A program made the position numbers and the translations under genes. The notes under the pieces are model-generated. The model was given only the letters and a program-made list of their open reading frames with translations. It ran no database searches and had not been told where the DNA came from. From Nonlabens ponticola (GTDB taxonomy: Bacteria; Bacteroidota; Bacteroidia; Flavobacteriales; Flavobacteriaceae), in the NCBI RefSeq assembly GCF_003966335.1, contig NZ_CP034549.1, positions 1,830,001 to 1,862,000 of the forward strand: a DNA stretch of 32,000 nt, written 5' to 3'. The first letter of the stretch is position 1, and each line of letters begins with the position of its first letter. Positions 24,049 through 32,000 of the stretch are shown here, one piece after another.

Positions 24049-24919
24049 CATCCTTGAGAGAAGTTTTCCAACGCTTGTGCGACCACAAGTAATATTCTGG
24101 CTGGCGTTTGATTTGGTCTTCTAACAATTCAAAGAAACAATCGGTTACCATCCAGTCGACTTCTTTTGAAGCATCATCAGTGATTTTTTCAAAAGTAGCA
24201 TGATAAAAACCACGTTTTAGTTTCTTTACTCTCAAGAAGAAAACTGGCATCCCATATTGTTTTGCCATGCGCTCACCACCCTTAAGTACCGCAGTAGTTC
24301 TTTCAAAAAACTGTGTAAAATACTGTGCTTTATAAGGTTTAGGTGCTTGATCTGCCACCAGCGCGTACAGTCCAGTAACGCTCTTTTGGCTTTGTCTAAT
24401 CAAGTTGTAGGCTTTCTTCATAGGTAAGAGAGTAGTGCCAAATTTTGATCTCACTTCTCTTATTAATTTGTCAAAATAAGGATTCTTGATCGGTTTGTAA
24501 ACCGCATAGGATTGGTGTTCTAGAGCCTCGTCCAGAGCGATGGTCCATTCATAACTAGCCTGGTGCCCTAGCATGATGACTACTGGTTGTTCCGCTTTCG
24601 CGAAAGCGTTAACAACATCAACATTATCACAGGTAAAGCGCTTTTCAACTTGGGTCTTGCTTATACCCAATGATTTAATAATCTCTATAAAATTGTCGCA
24701 AAAGTGCTGCATGCTTTCACGTGCGATCCTTTTTTTCTCCTGATAAGACTTTTCTGGGAAAGCAATATCTAGATTATTCATGATCACCTTCTTACGATAT
24801 CTTGTTAGGTAATAAACAATGACAAAAACCAGATCGCTAATGCGATACAGCAACCAAAAAGGCAAGCGAGCCAGCACCCAAATGAACGGGTAAACAAGAT
24901 AAAATACAAAGGCTTGCAT
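24008..24919 (-). CDS. LpxL/HtrB-family lipid A (lysophospholipid) acyltransferase
   Basis: 303 aa. It has an N-terminal TM anchor, an HX4(D/E)-type motif (MLGHQASYEW), and PEYYLWSHKRWK near the C-terminus, all typical of this family. Its 3' end overlaps the glmM 3' end by 41 nt. Confidence 0.75.
   Translation of the reverse strand: MQAFVFYLVYPFIWVLARLPFWLLYRISDLVFVIVYYLTRYRKKVIMNNLDIAFPEKSYQEKKRIARESMQHFCDNFIEIIKSLGISKTQVEKRFTCDNVDVVNAFAKAEQPVVIMLGHQASYEWTIALDEALEHQSYAVYKPIKNPYFDKLIREVRSKFGTTLLPMKKAYNLIRQSQKSVTGLYALVADQAPKPYKAQYFTQFFERTTAVLKGGERMAKQYGMPVFFLRVKKLKRGFYHATFEKITDDASKEVDWMVTDCFFELLEDQIKRQPEYYLWSHKRWKTSLKDATRAVELSPRVPQ
24592..24609. repeat. Iterated palindrome copy 7: cCGCTTTCGCGAAAGCGt (reverse complement = aCGC...GCGg)
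   Basis: Read directly. It lies inside the minus-strand acyltransferase CDS and is read as AFAKA. Confidence 0.95.
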
Positions 24920-24969
24920 GGGTTGGGTTTTGGCAAATATAGTATCTTGTCTGCTAAGAGAATTATCCT

Positions 24970-25608
24970 ATGTTTTCAAATATTGATCTTGTAACTATTG
25001 TCATCATTGGTGTTACCTGTCTAGTTAGTTTTAAGGGCTTTCAAGATTTTGTGTTTTTTGACAATTATAAATTCAATATAGGTGGTATCCAACGTGGTGA
25101 ACAGTATAGATTTTTTTCTAGTGGATTCTTGCATCTAGATATTCAACATTTGTTATTCAATATGTTGACCCTATACTTTTTTGCTTGGATTGTGATAGAA
25201 AGCTTAGGGACAATACCGTTTTTAATTGTTTATCTGGTGAGTATGTTAGGTGGTAATTTACTGAGTTACCTATTTCATAAAGATGAATACCAGTACAGTG
25301 CGATAGGAGCCAGTGGTGCCGTGTCTGGAATTATATATGCTGGAATCTTGCTTTTTCCCGAAATGATGATTTACGGCATTATTCCGGGCTACATTTTTGG
25401 AATAGGGTATTTAATCTATACGATTTATGGAATTAAGAATAGAATTGGGAATATTGGTCATGATGCGCACTTTGGTGGTGCTGCAACAGGATATGCCATT
25501 ACCTTGATTTATGATCCTCAATTGATTTTTCAAGAAACTTTAATTGTGGTGGCCTTACTCATCCCAATCATCATCTTATTTATCTTGATGAAGCTGGGCA
25601 AGATCTAG
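24970..25608 (+). CDS. Rhomboid-family intramembrane serine protease
   Basis: 212 aa with 6 TM helices. Motifs: FLHLDIQHLLFNM, catalytic GASGAVSG, and HDAHFGGAATG providing the catalytic His. Confidence 0.85.
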   Translation: MFSNIDLVTIVIIGVTCLVSFKGFQDFVFFDNYKFNIGGIQRGEQYRFFSSGFLHLDIQHLLFNMLTLYFFAWIVIESLGTIPFLIVYLVSMLGGNLLSYLFHKDEYQYSAIGASGAVSGIIYAGILLFPEMMIYGIIPGYIFGIGYLIYTIYGIKNRIGNIGHDAHFGGAATGYAITLIYDPQLIFQETLIVVALLIPIIILFILMKLGKI

Positions 25609-26723
25609 TCTAATAGTCTAGATAATTTTTCATGCAGTGCCTGACCTCTCAAATCCTTACCTATGATGATACCATTTTCATCTAATAGGAAGCTTGCCGG
25701 TATGCCTTTTACCTGATACTTTTTGGCAATAGGGTCGCTCCAGTGAGCAAGTCTTGAAATATGATTCCATGCGAGACTATCTTGCTTTATCGCTGCTACC
25801 CATTTCTCTTTTTCGCCAGGTTTATCTAGGCTTACACCTATGATATTAAATCCGCTATCATGATATTTATTGTAAGCGCTGACAATATTCAGATTTTCCT
25901 TGCGACAAGGGCCACACCAGGATGCCCAAAAATCTACCAAGGTGACCTTGCCTAAGACTTCAGGTAATTTTATGATGCTACCATCTGGACTGCGACCTTC
26001 AAAATAAGGAGCTTTGCTGCCTATGGCTACGGTTTCTAAATCCGCTAGATCCCTATCTAGCATTTTGGCATCTGGATGTTGCTTCATCCGATCTGATAGC
26101 ATGTTATATACTTCTCGTGACTCTTTAGGTGTAATGAGTGCGCCGATAGCCATCTCACTTAAATACACAAGGTTTAATGGATCGTCTGGAGATTCCTGGA
26201 TAATTGAAATTAATGAATCGGTAAACACGTTAGTACGATTTTCAAGCTTTTCTAACGCGATAATGCTGCGTGCGGAATCATTCCTAGCCGTACGAGCTGA
26301 TTGCTTTAAGTCTAGGTATACTTTTTTGAACTTTTCTCTGGCTTTTGAATAGCTCTCATACCTTTGATTGATTGGTCCACCTTGAATGGTAGATGCCTCA
26401 ATATTACTTTTATTCAAAGCTATTTGTACTGCATCATTTTCTGATAAGAAGATGGCAAACCCTGAACTTCCGTCTAATGATAAAAATCGCTTACGATTGT
26501 AATCGACTTTATCTAGTTCACCAAAGTCAAACTCGTTGTTCATGACGATCGCAGTATCAATGCGCTTTAATTGACCATTGAGCTCGTTGACCTCAAAAAG
26601 ATAAATACGCATGCCATTTAAAACATCTGGAGCTATTCCTGTTATTCTAGGCTCTGCTGGCTTGTAGTCTTTACATCCATTGAACAATAAAGCTACAGCT
26701 ATGAATAGGAAAATGTGGCGCAT
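25605..26723 (-). CDS. TlpA-family thiol:disulfide oxidoreductase lipoprotein (thioredoxin fold with N-terminal extension)
   Basis: 372 aa. It has a lipobox (LLFNGCKD) and a thioredoxin active site (FWASWCGPCRKE) in the C-terminal domain. Confidence 0.85.
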   Translation of the reverse strand: MRHIFLFIAVALLFNGCKDYKPAEPRITGIAPDVLNGMRIYLFEVNELNGQLKRIDTAIVMNNEFDFGELDKVDYNRKRFLSLDGSSGFAIFLSENDAVQIALNKSNIEASTIQGGPINQRYESYSKAREKFKKVYLDLKQSARTARNDSARSIIALEKLENRTNVFTDSLISIIQESPDDPLNLVYLSEMAIGALITPKESREVYNMLSDRMKQHPDAKMLDRDLADLETVAIGSKAPYFEGRSPDGSIIKLPEVLGKVTLVDFWASWCGPCRKENLNIVSAYNKYHDSGFNIIGVSLDKPGEKEKWVAAIKQDSLAWNHISRLAHWSDPIAKKYQVKGIPASFLLDENGIIIGKDLRGQALHEKLSRLLD

Positions 26724-26837
26724 TATTTTTTATTCAAAAATAGCTTTTAGGTAGTAATCCTCAAAGGTTAAAGAAATACAAAAGAACTGTGTATAAACCG
26801 CTAGGGCTCTAGAATTAGTATCTTTATCTATTAAGAT

Positions 26838-29228
26838 ATGGCAAAGAAAAAGCACGATTATAAAAACTTTGATGCAGTACTGAGTTTTGATAAGCTCATC
26901 AATCAGTACAGAAATCGTGTGGAGAATTCCCAAAACAGATTTAAGAAACTGTATTTCTCTGCATTGTTACAAGCCATTGAAAAAGATGATTTTTTATCTG
27001 TTGAAATTGAGGCTCATAATCTTCATGAATATGCAGACTCAATTCATCTTGTCTTGGCAGAGCTTTTTCCCGAATCACTCACTAATAATGAGATTAAGGC
27101 GGCTACCATACCTTTTTCCACAACGCTTTTTAATTGCACCAGACGATTAGAGAATTTGTTGAAAGATGCTGGTGAAGATTTTGATTTTGATTTCATGGAG
27201 AACTCGCAGTTCAATCAATTTCGTCTAGCATGCGGTATTATTCTCAATAAAATTTATAATCAAAAGCTTGATATAGGTACATTGATCCATTGCGAGATTC
27301 CTGACAAGAACGGTAATATTAGGACTTACAGGATTACTTTCAATGCTGACTTCGTAGAGGTAATTCCTAAGAATAATAAACCATCATTAGACAAAAAAGC
27401 TATTGATGGATTATTGCGTGCACCGGACGATGAGAATTTATGGAGATCTAGTTTCCCACAAGATAGCTATAGGTTTGAAGGATTTGGTATCATCTCATTG
27501 ACTGATGTCACCGTTGATGCCGCAATATCAGACCTTAAGACGATATTGCTCAACAATCCTGAATCTCAAAGCACCCAGCAAGAACAGATCGAGAAGATTT
27601 TTCAAAAGATGTTCAATCTTGACAAGATACATGTAGGATTCACGTCTTTTGATCAATATGACAAAAGTTTTGAGCGTATGCTTTACAGCGACTCTCATAG
27701 CTACATGTTGGGAACCAGTCATGAGAAAAATTGTGAGAATGCCTTATGTTCTGATAGTTACAACGCTATTATAAAAAAGAAAAAGCCACTTATTATTCCT
27801 GATGTGGTTGTGTATGCAGATGAACAAAAAAATAAGTTTCTAACAAACAACTTGCTTGAGGCTAATCTTAAAAGCGTCATTCTATATCCTGTAACTAAAA
27901 ACCGCAAACTTTTAGGTGTGCTTGAGATAGGTAGTGAGATAGCCTATGCACTTAATAGCTTTAACGCTACACGTATAGACAGTGTTATAGAATACATCAA
28001 GTCAGCCCTTGTACGTGCTGAGGATGAATATGAAAATAGAATAAAAGCTATCATTCAAACGGAATGTACGTCGATACACCCTAGCGTACAATGGAAGTTT
28101 GAAAAAGAGGCTAGAAGAATACTTAAGTTGAGATCCGAAGGTCAAGATGAGACCTTTAAAGATATTCGTTTTCAAGATGTATATCCACTGTATGGTCAAA
28201 TAGATGTAGTAGGTAGTAGTGATGCGAGAAACAACGCTATTAAAGAGGATTTAAGTGATCAATTAGTGATTGTATGTGAGATTTTTGAAATGGCTAAGAA
28301 GTTTGAAGATCTACCTATATATGATCAAATTTCTTTTAGGGTTTTTGAATATCGTAAAGAATTGACTGACGGCAAGATTGACGCAAATGCAGAACGTAGC
28401 ATCATAAAACTGCTGACTGAGGAGATCAATCCTATAATGGATCATTTGAAAACCTTATCGCCAGATTTAAAGAACAAGGTCGTTCATTATCAAAAAGAGC
28501 TGGATCCTGGTAGTGGTGTTATTTACAAGAAACGCAATAATTACGACAATACCGTGCAAACCATCAATGAAGCATTGTCAAGATATGTTGATAAGCGTCA
28601 AGTTGCTGCGCAGAAAATTTACACACACTTCTTTGAACGATTCAAGACCGATGGTGTTGAGCATAATATTTATGTAGGTAAGAGCATTCAATCTAATGAA
28701 GAATTCAATCCGGTATATCTATATAACTTGAGGTTGTGGCAATTGCAAACTATGATTGAGATGGAGGATAAATTCTATCGCATTCAAGAAAACCTTCCGT
28801 CACAACTAGACGCAGCGTCTATGATATTGGTATTTGACAATACTTTGAGCATCCGCTATCGCATAGATGAGAAACGATTTGATGTGGATGGAACCTACAA
28901 CGCTCGCTACGAGGTAATAAAAAAGCGTATTGACAAAGCGCACATTAAAGGAACGGAAGAACGCGTTACCCAAAAAGGTACCATATCAATTATATATACC
29001 AACAAAGAAAATGAACGCGAATACATGCGTTATGTAAATTTCTTACAGCACAAGGATTATTTAGGGGACAAAATAGAAAGACTTGAACTTGAAGATGTAC
29101 AAGGAGTTATAGGTCTCAAAGCGCTGAGAATAAATATACTCTACGGATTCAAAGCCAGTGAAGATCGAATGACCTATGCAGATCTTATCCAGGAATTACA
29201 CCTGCAACAGCCTCATAATCATAAGTAG
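26838..29228 (+). CDS. Large cytoplasmic GAF-domain protein of unknown function
   Basis: 796 aa with no signal peptide or TM helix. A central GAF-like block reads KPLIIPDVVVYADEQ...KSVILYPVTKNRKLLGVLEIGSE. I recognise no kinase, cyclase, HTH or other output motif in the roughly 330 aa before it or the roughly 390 aa after it. Confidence 0.6.
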   Translation: MAKKKHDYKNFDAVLSFDKLINQYRNRVENSQNRFKKLYFSALLQAIEKDDFLSVEIEAHNLHEYADSIHLVLAELFPESLTNNEIKAATIPFSTTLFNCTRRLENLLKDAGEDFDFDFMENSQFNQFRLACGIILNKIYNQKLDIGTLIHCEIPDKNGNIRTYRITFNADFVEVIPKNNKPSLDKKAIDGLLRAPDDENLWRSSFPQDSYRFEGFGIISLTDVTVDAAISDLKTILLNNPESQSTQQEQIEKIFQKMFNLDKIHVGFTSFDQYDKSFERMLYSDSHSYMLGTSHEKNCENALCSDSYNAIIKKKKPLIIPDVVVYADEQKNKFLTNNLLEANLKSVILYPVTKNRKLLGVLEIGSEIAYALNSFNATRIDSVIEYIKSALVRAEDEYENRIKAIIQTECTSIHPSVQWKFEKEARRILKLRSEGQDETFKDIRFQDVYPLYGQIDVVGSSDARNNAIKEDLSDQLVIVCEIFEMAKKFEDLPIYDQISFRVFEYRKELTDGKIDANAERSIIKLLTEEINPIMDHLKTLSPDLKNKVVHYQKELDPGSGVIYKKRNNYDNTVQTINEALSRYVDKRQVAAQKIYTHFFERFKTDGVEHNIYVGKSIQSNEEFNPVYLYNLRLWQLQTMIEMEDKFYRIQENLPSQLDAASMILVFDNTLSIRYRIDEKRFDVDGTYNARYEVIKKRIDKAHIKGTEERVTQKGTISIIYTNKENEREYMRYVNFLQHKDYLGDKIERLELEDVQGVIGLKALRINILYGFKASEDRMTYADLIQELHLQQPHNHK

Positions 29229-30387
29229 TAAAGGCAATTACAAAAGCAAGTACTGATGATATGATACCTATCATAAAGATAGTGTATGTCCATCGCAGTA
29301 ACGTGTACTTTCTATTAAGTACCACACCCAGCAACCATAAATCTTTCAACAAGGATTGATAGACTTCTTCCTTATCGTCAAGTAATCCCATCAATGCTTT
29401 TTCATATCTCTTGAAAGGTACCTTGTGAAAATTTCCAAAGAATAATAAATTAACTTCTCGCTTCTCCACTTGCTCATCAGTAAACTCGCCACTCGTTACA
29501 TTAGGTCTTGTACTCAAGATGGAAAGGATAATACTAGCTACGGAAAATAAGATTAATATTAATGTAGGATACAACAAGTGTCTGTTACTTACCGCATCAA
29601 GTTTAGGAATGATGTTGGCTAGTGCCAGCGATATAATAATCGCATTTACTGATAATAGAATATTGGCCTTTGTATCAGCAATATCACTTAATTTGATGTG
29701 ATTACGCAATGTGGTTCTAAAAAGCGTTTGTATGGCTCGCTCTGGACTTTGATTTTTCAAATCAACCTTTAGTTGCTCTTTTTTAATCTTTTGCTTGCTC
29801 TTCTTACGTTTTTTGAACAGTTTCATCAAGTTCTCATTCTTGAGAACATTCCAATTCTTAACCGCATAATCGCAATAGTACCGGTGCTTTTCAGTAAATA
29901 CTTGAATGTTTTCCTTGCGCCATTCTTTACGTGAGTAATCCTTACCCCTTAACTTTAATTCCTGTTTGAGTAGTTCGCTGGTCTCAAAATAGTAGTCCTT
30001 GGCAAAGTGTGACGCATCTGCATCACGCAGCATTTCTTCAAGCTTGCCATCAGGTTGATTATTAAATTTTGTAGCACGTATCAATTGCTGTACTAATTGA
30101 ATAGTATCTGGCTCGACATTTTGAGATTCTAGGAAGGATTTTGCGATCTTGGCGCTTTCTTCTTCATGTCCATCAGCGCCTTTGATATAGCCAGTATCGT
30201 GCAGATATGCTGCCAGCAATAGAGCCTTTTCCTCTTTAACATCTAATTGAGAGTTGTCAATGATTTCCTGTGTACTTTTAACAACTCTTTTAGTATGTGT
30301 GTAATTGTGATAAACGTAGATTTCATCAAGCTCATCCTTAAAAAGATGTAGCACATAATCATCAGTCGCTTTAAATATATCGGCCAT
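29185..30387 (-). CDS. HD-domain phosphohydrolase fused to a C-terminal 3-TM module resembling DUF5706/PycTM (Pycsar effector-type membrane domain)
   Basis: 400 aa. HD motifs: YHNYTHTKRV, LLAAYLHDTGY, LRDADASHF. A basic linker (KKRKKSKQKIKK) follows. Then comes RAIQTLFRTTLRNHIKLSDIADTKANILLSVNAIIISLALANI plus two further TM helices. The match to PycTM/DUF5706 is from memory of that family's pattern, not from a search. Confidence 0.6.
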   Translation of the reverse strand: MADIFKATDDYVLHLFKDELDEIYVYHNYTHTKRVVKSTQEIIDNSQLDVKEEKALLLAAYLHDTGYIKGADGHEEESAKIAKSFLESQNVEPDTIQLVQQLIRATKFNNQPDGKLEEMLRDADASHFAKDYYFETSELLKQELKLRGKDYSRKEWRKENIQVFTEKHRYYCDYAVKNWNVLKNENLMKLFKKRKKSKQKIKKEQLKVDLKNQSPERAIQTLFRTTLRNHIKLSDIADTKANILLSVNAIIISLALANIIPKLDAVSNRHLLYPTLILILFSVASIILSILSTRPNVTSGEFTDEQVEKREVNLLFFGNFHKVPFKRYEKALMGLLDDKEEVYQSLLKDLWLLGVVLNRKYTLLRWTYTIFMIGIISSVLAFVIAFTTYDYEAVAGVIPG

Positions 30388-30415
30388 AGAAATTTATTGA
30401 TCGCATAAACTTACC

Positions 30416-32000
30416 ATGAATTCTTATTACATGAATAAAAATCCTCTTATTTTTTTGATAGCCGTATTTATCATTTCTAGCTGTGCTAGCTACAAAGCTC
30501 AATATAAAGAAGGTGAAGAAAGTTTTAAGCCGTCGATCAATGACGATGATATCGTCAAATCATTTTATCTCATAGGCGATGTAGGCAAATCTCCCATAGG
30601 TGGTAAGAGTGATGGACTGCTCGCACTCGAGGCATACATGAAAGGAAAGGATACTAAAAATGACCACCTAATTTTTTTGGGTGACAATATTTACCCTACG
30701 GGTATGCCCAAAAAGGATACTGAATTTAGACCCATTGCCGAAAATCATCTAGATGCTCAGATAGCAGTTGCTAAACAATTTGAAGGGAAAACCATTTTCA
30801 TTCCAGGTAATCATGATTATTACGACGAGAACCTAGACAATGTAGAGCGAGAAAAAAAATATATAGAAGAAGCTCTAGATAACAAAGACGTCTGGAGTCC
30901 CAAAGTAGGCTGTCCCATTGATAGCCGTGAGATTTCAAAAGACATTCAATTGATTATCGTTGATAGTCAATGGTATCTGGCCAAATGGGATGAAATTCCT
31001 ACTATCAATGACAACTGTGATCAAATTAAAACTAGAGAGCAGTTTTTCCTTGAAATAGAAAGTGAACTCAAGAAAAACCAGGGTAAGACTATACTCATCA
31101 CAACGCACCACCCAATATTTACTAATGGTATCCACGGCGGTCAATATGCTGCCATTAAGCACCTTTATCCTACACAAAACAACATACCTATTCCTGTATT
31201 GGGATCACTTACCAGCCTTATACGTACTAGTGGTGGCGTGAGTGCACAAGACAAGCAAAACAAGCGATACCAGAGCTATGCAGATCGTATGACATCGCTT
31301 ATTGTAGCATCAGGTGCACCACGTGTGATGCTAGCCAGCGGTCATGAACATACCTTGCAGTATATTGTAAATGAAGGAGTTAGACAAATAGTATCTGGAT
31401 CTGGAGCAAAGAAAAGCTATGTAGCTCTTAGTGACGATGGGCTATTTGCATACGGTGGAAAGGGCTTTGCAAAAATGGATGTTCTCAAGGATGGCAGTTC
31501 TACCGTTACCTATTACGGTTTTGAGAACGGTACCTACAAAAGCCTTTATAGTAAAAATGCCATTGATGCGCCACCAGTGTTTGATATGAGTAGCTTGCCT
31601 GATAGTATTCCCGCTTTCGCGAAAGCTAACATATACAACGATGATCGCACCGATAAGTCTAAGTTTTATGAAGGTTTCTGGGGTGAGAAGTATCGTGAAC
31701 TGTACAATACTGATATTAATGCACATGTGGCATTGCTTGATACATTAAAAGGAGGCTTGAGTGTGGTTAGACCAGGTGGTGGACACCAGACACGTAGCTT
31801 GAGACTCGTCGATAAAGATGGTAAAGAATATAATTTAAGGGCTCTCAAAAAAAGTGCCGTACAATTTTTACAAACCACGGTATTCAAAGACAAAAACGTT
31901 GCCGATGGTTTTGATGACACCACTGCCGAGGATTTACTTTTTGATTTTTACACAGCAGCACATCCATATGGAGCACTGGTCATTCCCACATTAGCTGATG
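30416..32000 (+). CDS. Calcineurin-like metallophosphoesterase lipoprotein, N-terminal about 528 aa (continues past the window); absent from the supplied ORF track
   Basis: I translated by hand in the frame starting at 30416 (or at the second ATG, 30431) and checked it line by line from about 30780 to base 32000; no stop was seen anywhere in the frame. It begins MNSYYMNKNPLIFLIAVFIISSCAS (lipobox). Phosphoesterase motifs: YLIGDVG, LIFLGDNIYP, FIPGNHDYY, ITTHHP, ASGHEHTLQY. Confidence 0.85.
   Translation, partial: MNSYYMNKNPLIFLIAVFIISSCASYKAQYKEGEESFKPSINDDDIVKSFYLIGDVGKSPIGGKSDGLLALEAYMKGKDTKNDHLIFLGDNIYPTGMPKKDTEFRPIAENHLDAQIAVAKQFEGKTIFIPGNHDYYDENLDNVEREKKYIEEALDNKDVWSPKVGCPIDSREISKDIQLIIVDSQWYLAKWDEIPTINDNCDQIKTREQFFLEIESELKKNQGKTILITTHHPIFTNGIHGGQYAAIKHLYPTQNNIPIPVLGSLTSLIRTSGGVSAQDKQNKRYQSYADRMTSLIVASGAPRVMLASGHEHTLQYIVNEGVRQIVSGSGAKKSYVALSDDGLFAYGGKGFAKMDVLKDGSSTVTYYGFENGTYKSLYSKNAIDAPPVFDMSSLPDSIPAFAKANIYNDDRTDKSKFYEGFWGEKYRELYNTDINAHVALLDTLKGGLSVVRPGGGHQTRSLRLVDKDGKEYNLRALKKSAVQFLQTTVFKDKNVADGFDDTTAEDLLFDFYTAAHPYGALVIPTLAD
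31612..31626. repeat. Iterated palindrome copy 8: CGCTTTCGCGAAAGC (14-nt core 31613-31626)
   Basis: Read directly. It lies inside the metallophosphoesterase CDS and is read as AFAKA. Confidence 0.95.

Noticed and set aside
1-32000. Search for CRISPR arrays, IS elements, integrases, tRNA/rRNA genes and prophage or toxin-antitoxin modules
   Set aside because: I saw no regularly spaced direct repeats, no transposase, integrase or recombinase motifs, and no tRNA-like cloverleaf candidates in the short intergenic regions. By eye the window looks like core chromosome, not a mobile island.

Overview
This is a compact, AT-rich chromosomal segment, roughly 90% coding. It looks like a marine Flavobacteriaceae (Bacteroidota) genome: there are two T9SS C-terminal sorting domains, a Bacteroidota-type GlmM starting MTLIKSISGIRG, and many lipobox or signal-peptide proteins. 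I call 25 protein genes. In order they are:
- a translationally coupled glycan locus (YfhO-like, GT4, flippase);
- a secreted protein with a roughly 250-aa Arg/Ser-rich tail;
- a tight minus-strand operon of SRPBCC, SDR, photolyase and a lipoprotein;
- an outer-membrane beta-barrel protein;
- csbD and pterin-4a-carbinolamine dehydratase;
- two tandem LTXXQ (Spy/CpxP-like) paralogs;
- yebC and a BON/LysM protein;
- two giant T9SS cargo genes (1677 and 1319 aa);
- acpH, glmM, an LpxL-family acyltransferase, a rhomboid protease and a TlpA-like thioredoxin lipoprotein;
- a 796-aa GAF protein and an HD phosphohydrolase fused to a PycTM/DUF5706-like membrane module;
- a metallophosphoesterase lipoprotein gene (30416..32000, runs off the window) that is missing from the supplied ORF track.

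I see no rRNA, tRNA, CRISPR array, transposase, integrase or phage genes.

The most unusual signal is not a gene. A perfect 14-16 bp palindrome, (C)GCTTTCGCGAAAGC(G), occurs 8 times in 32 kb, 7 of them inside unrelated coding regions on both strands, always read as AFAKA or RFRES. That is far beyond chance and resembles a highly iterated palindrome or an uptake/recognition-type sequence.

Secondary leads:
- the GAF protein next to the orphan HD-PycTM-like protein;
- the secreted RS-rich protein;
- an SDR that appears to lack the catalytic Tyr, sitting in the photolyase operon;
- the paired T9SS giants, which share a C-terminal module.

All functional calls rest on motif recognition by eye. No database search was run.
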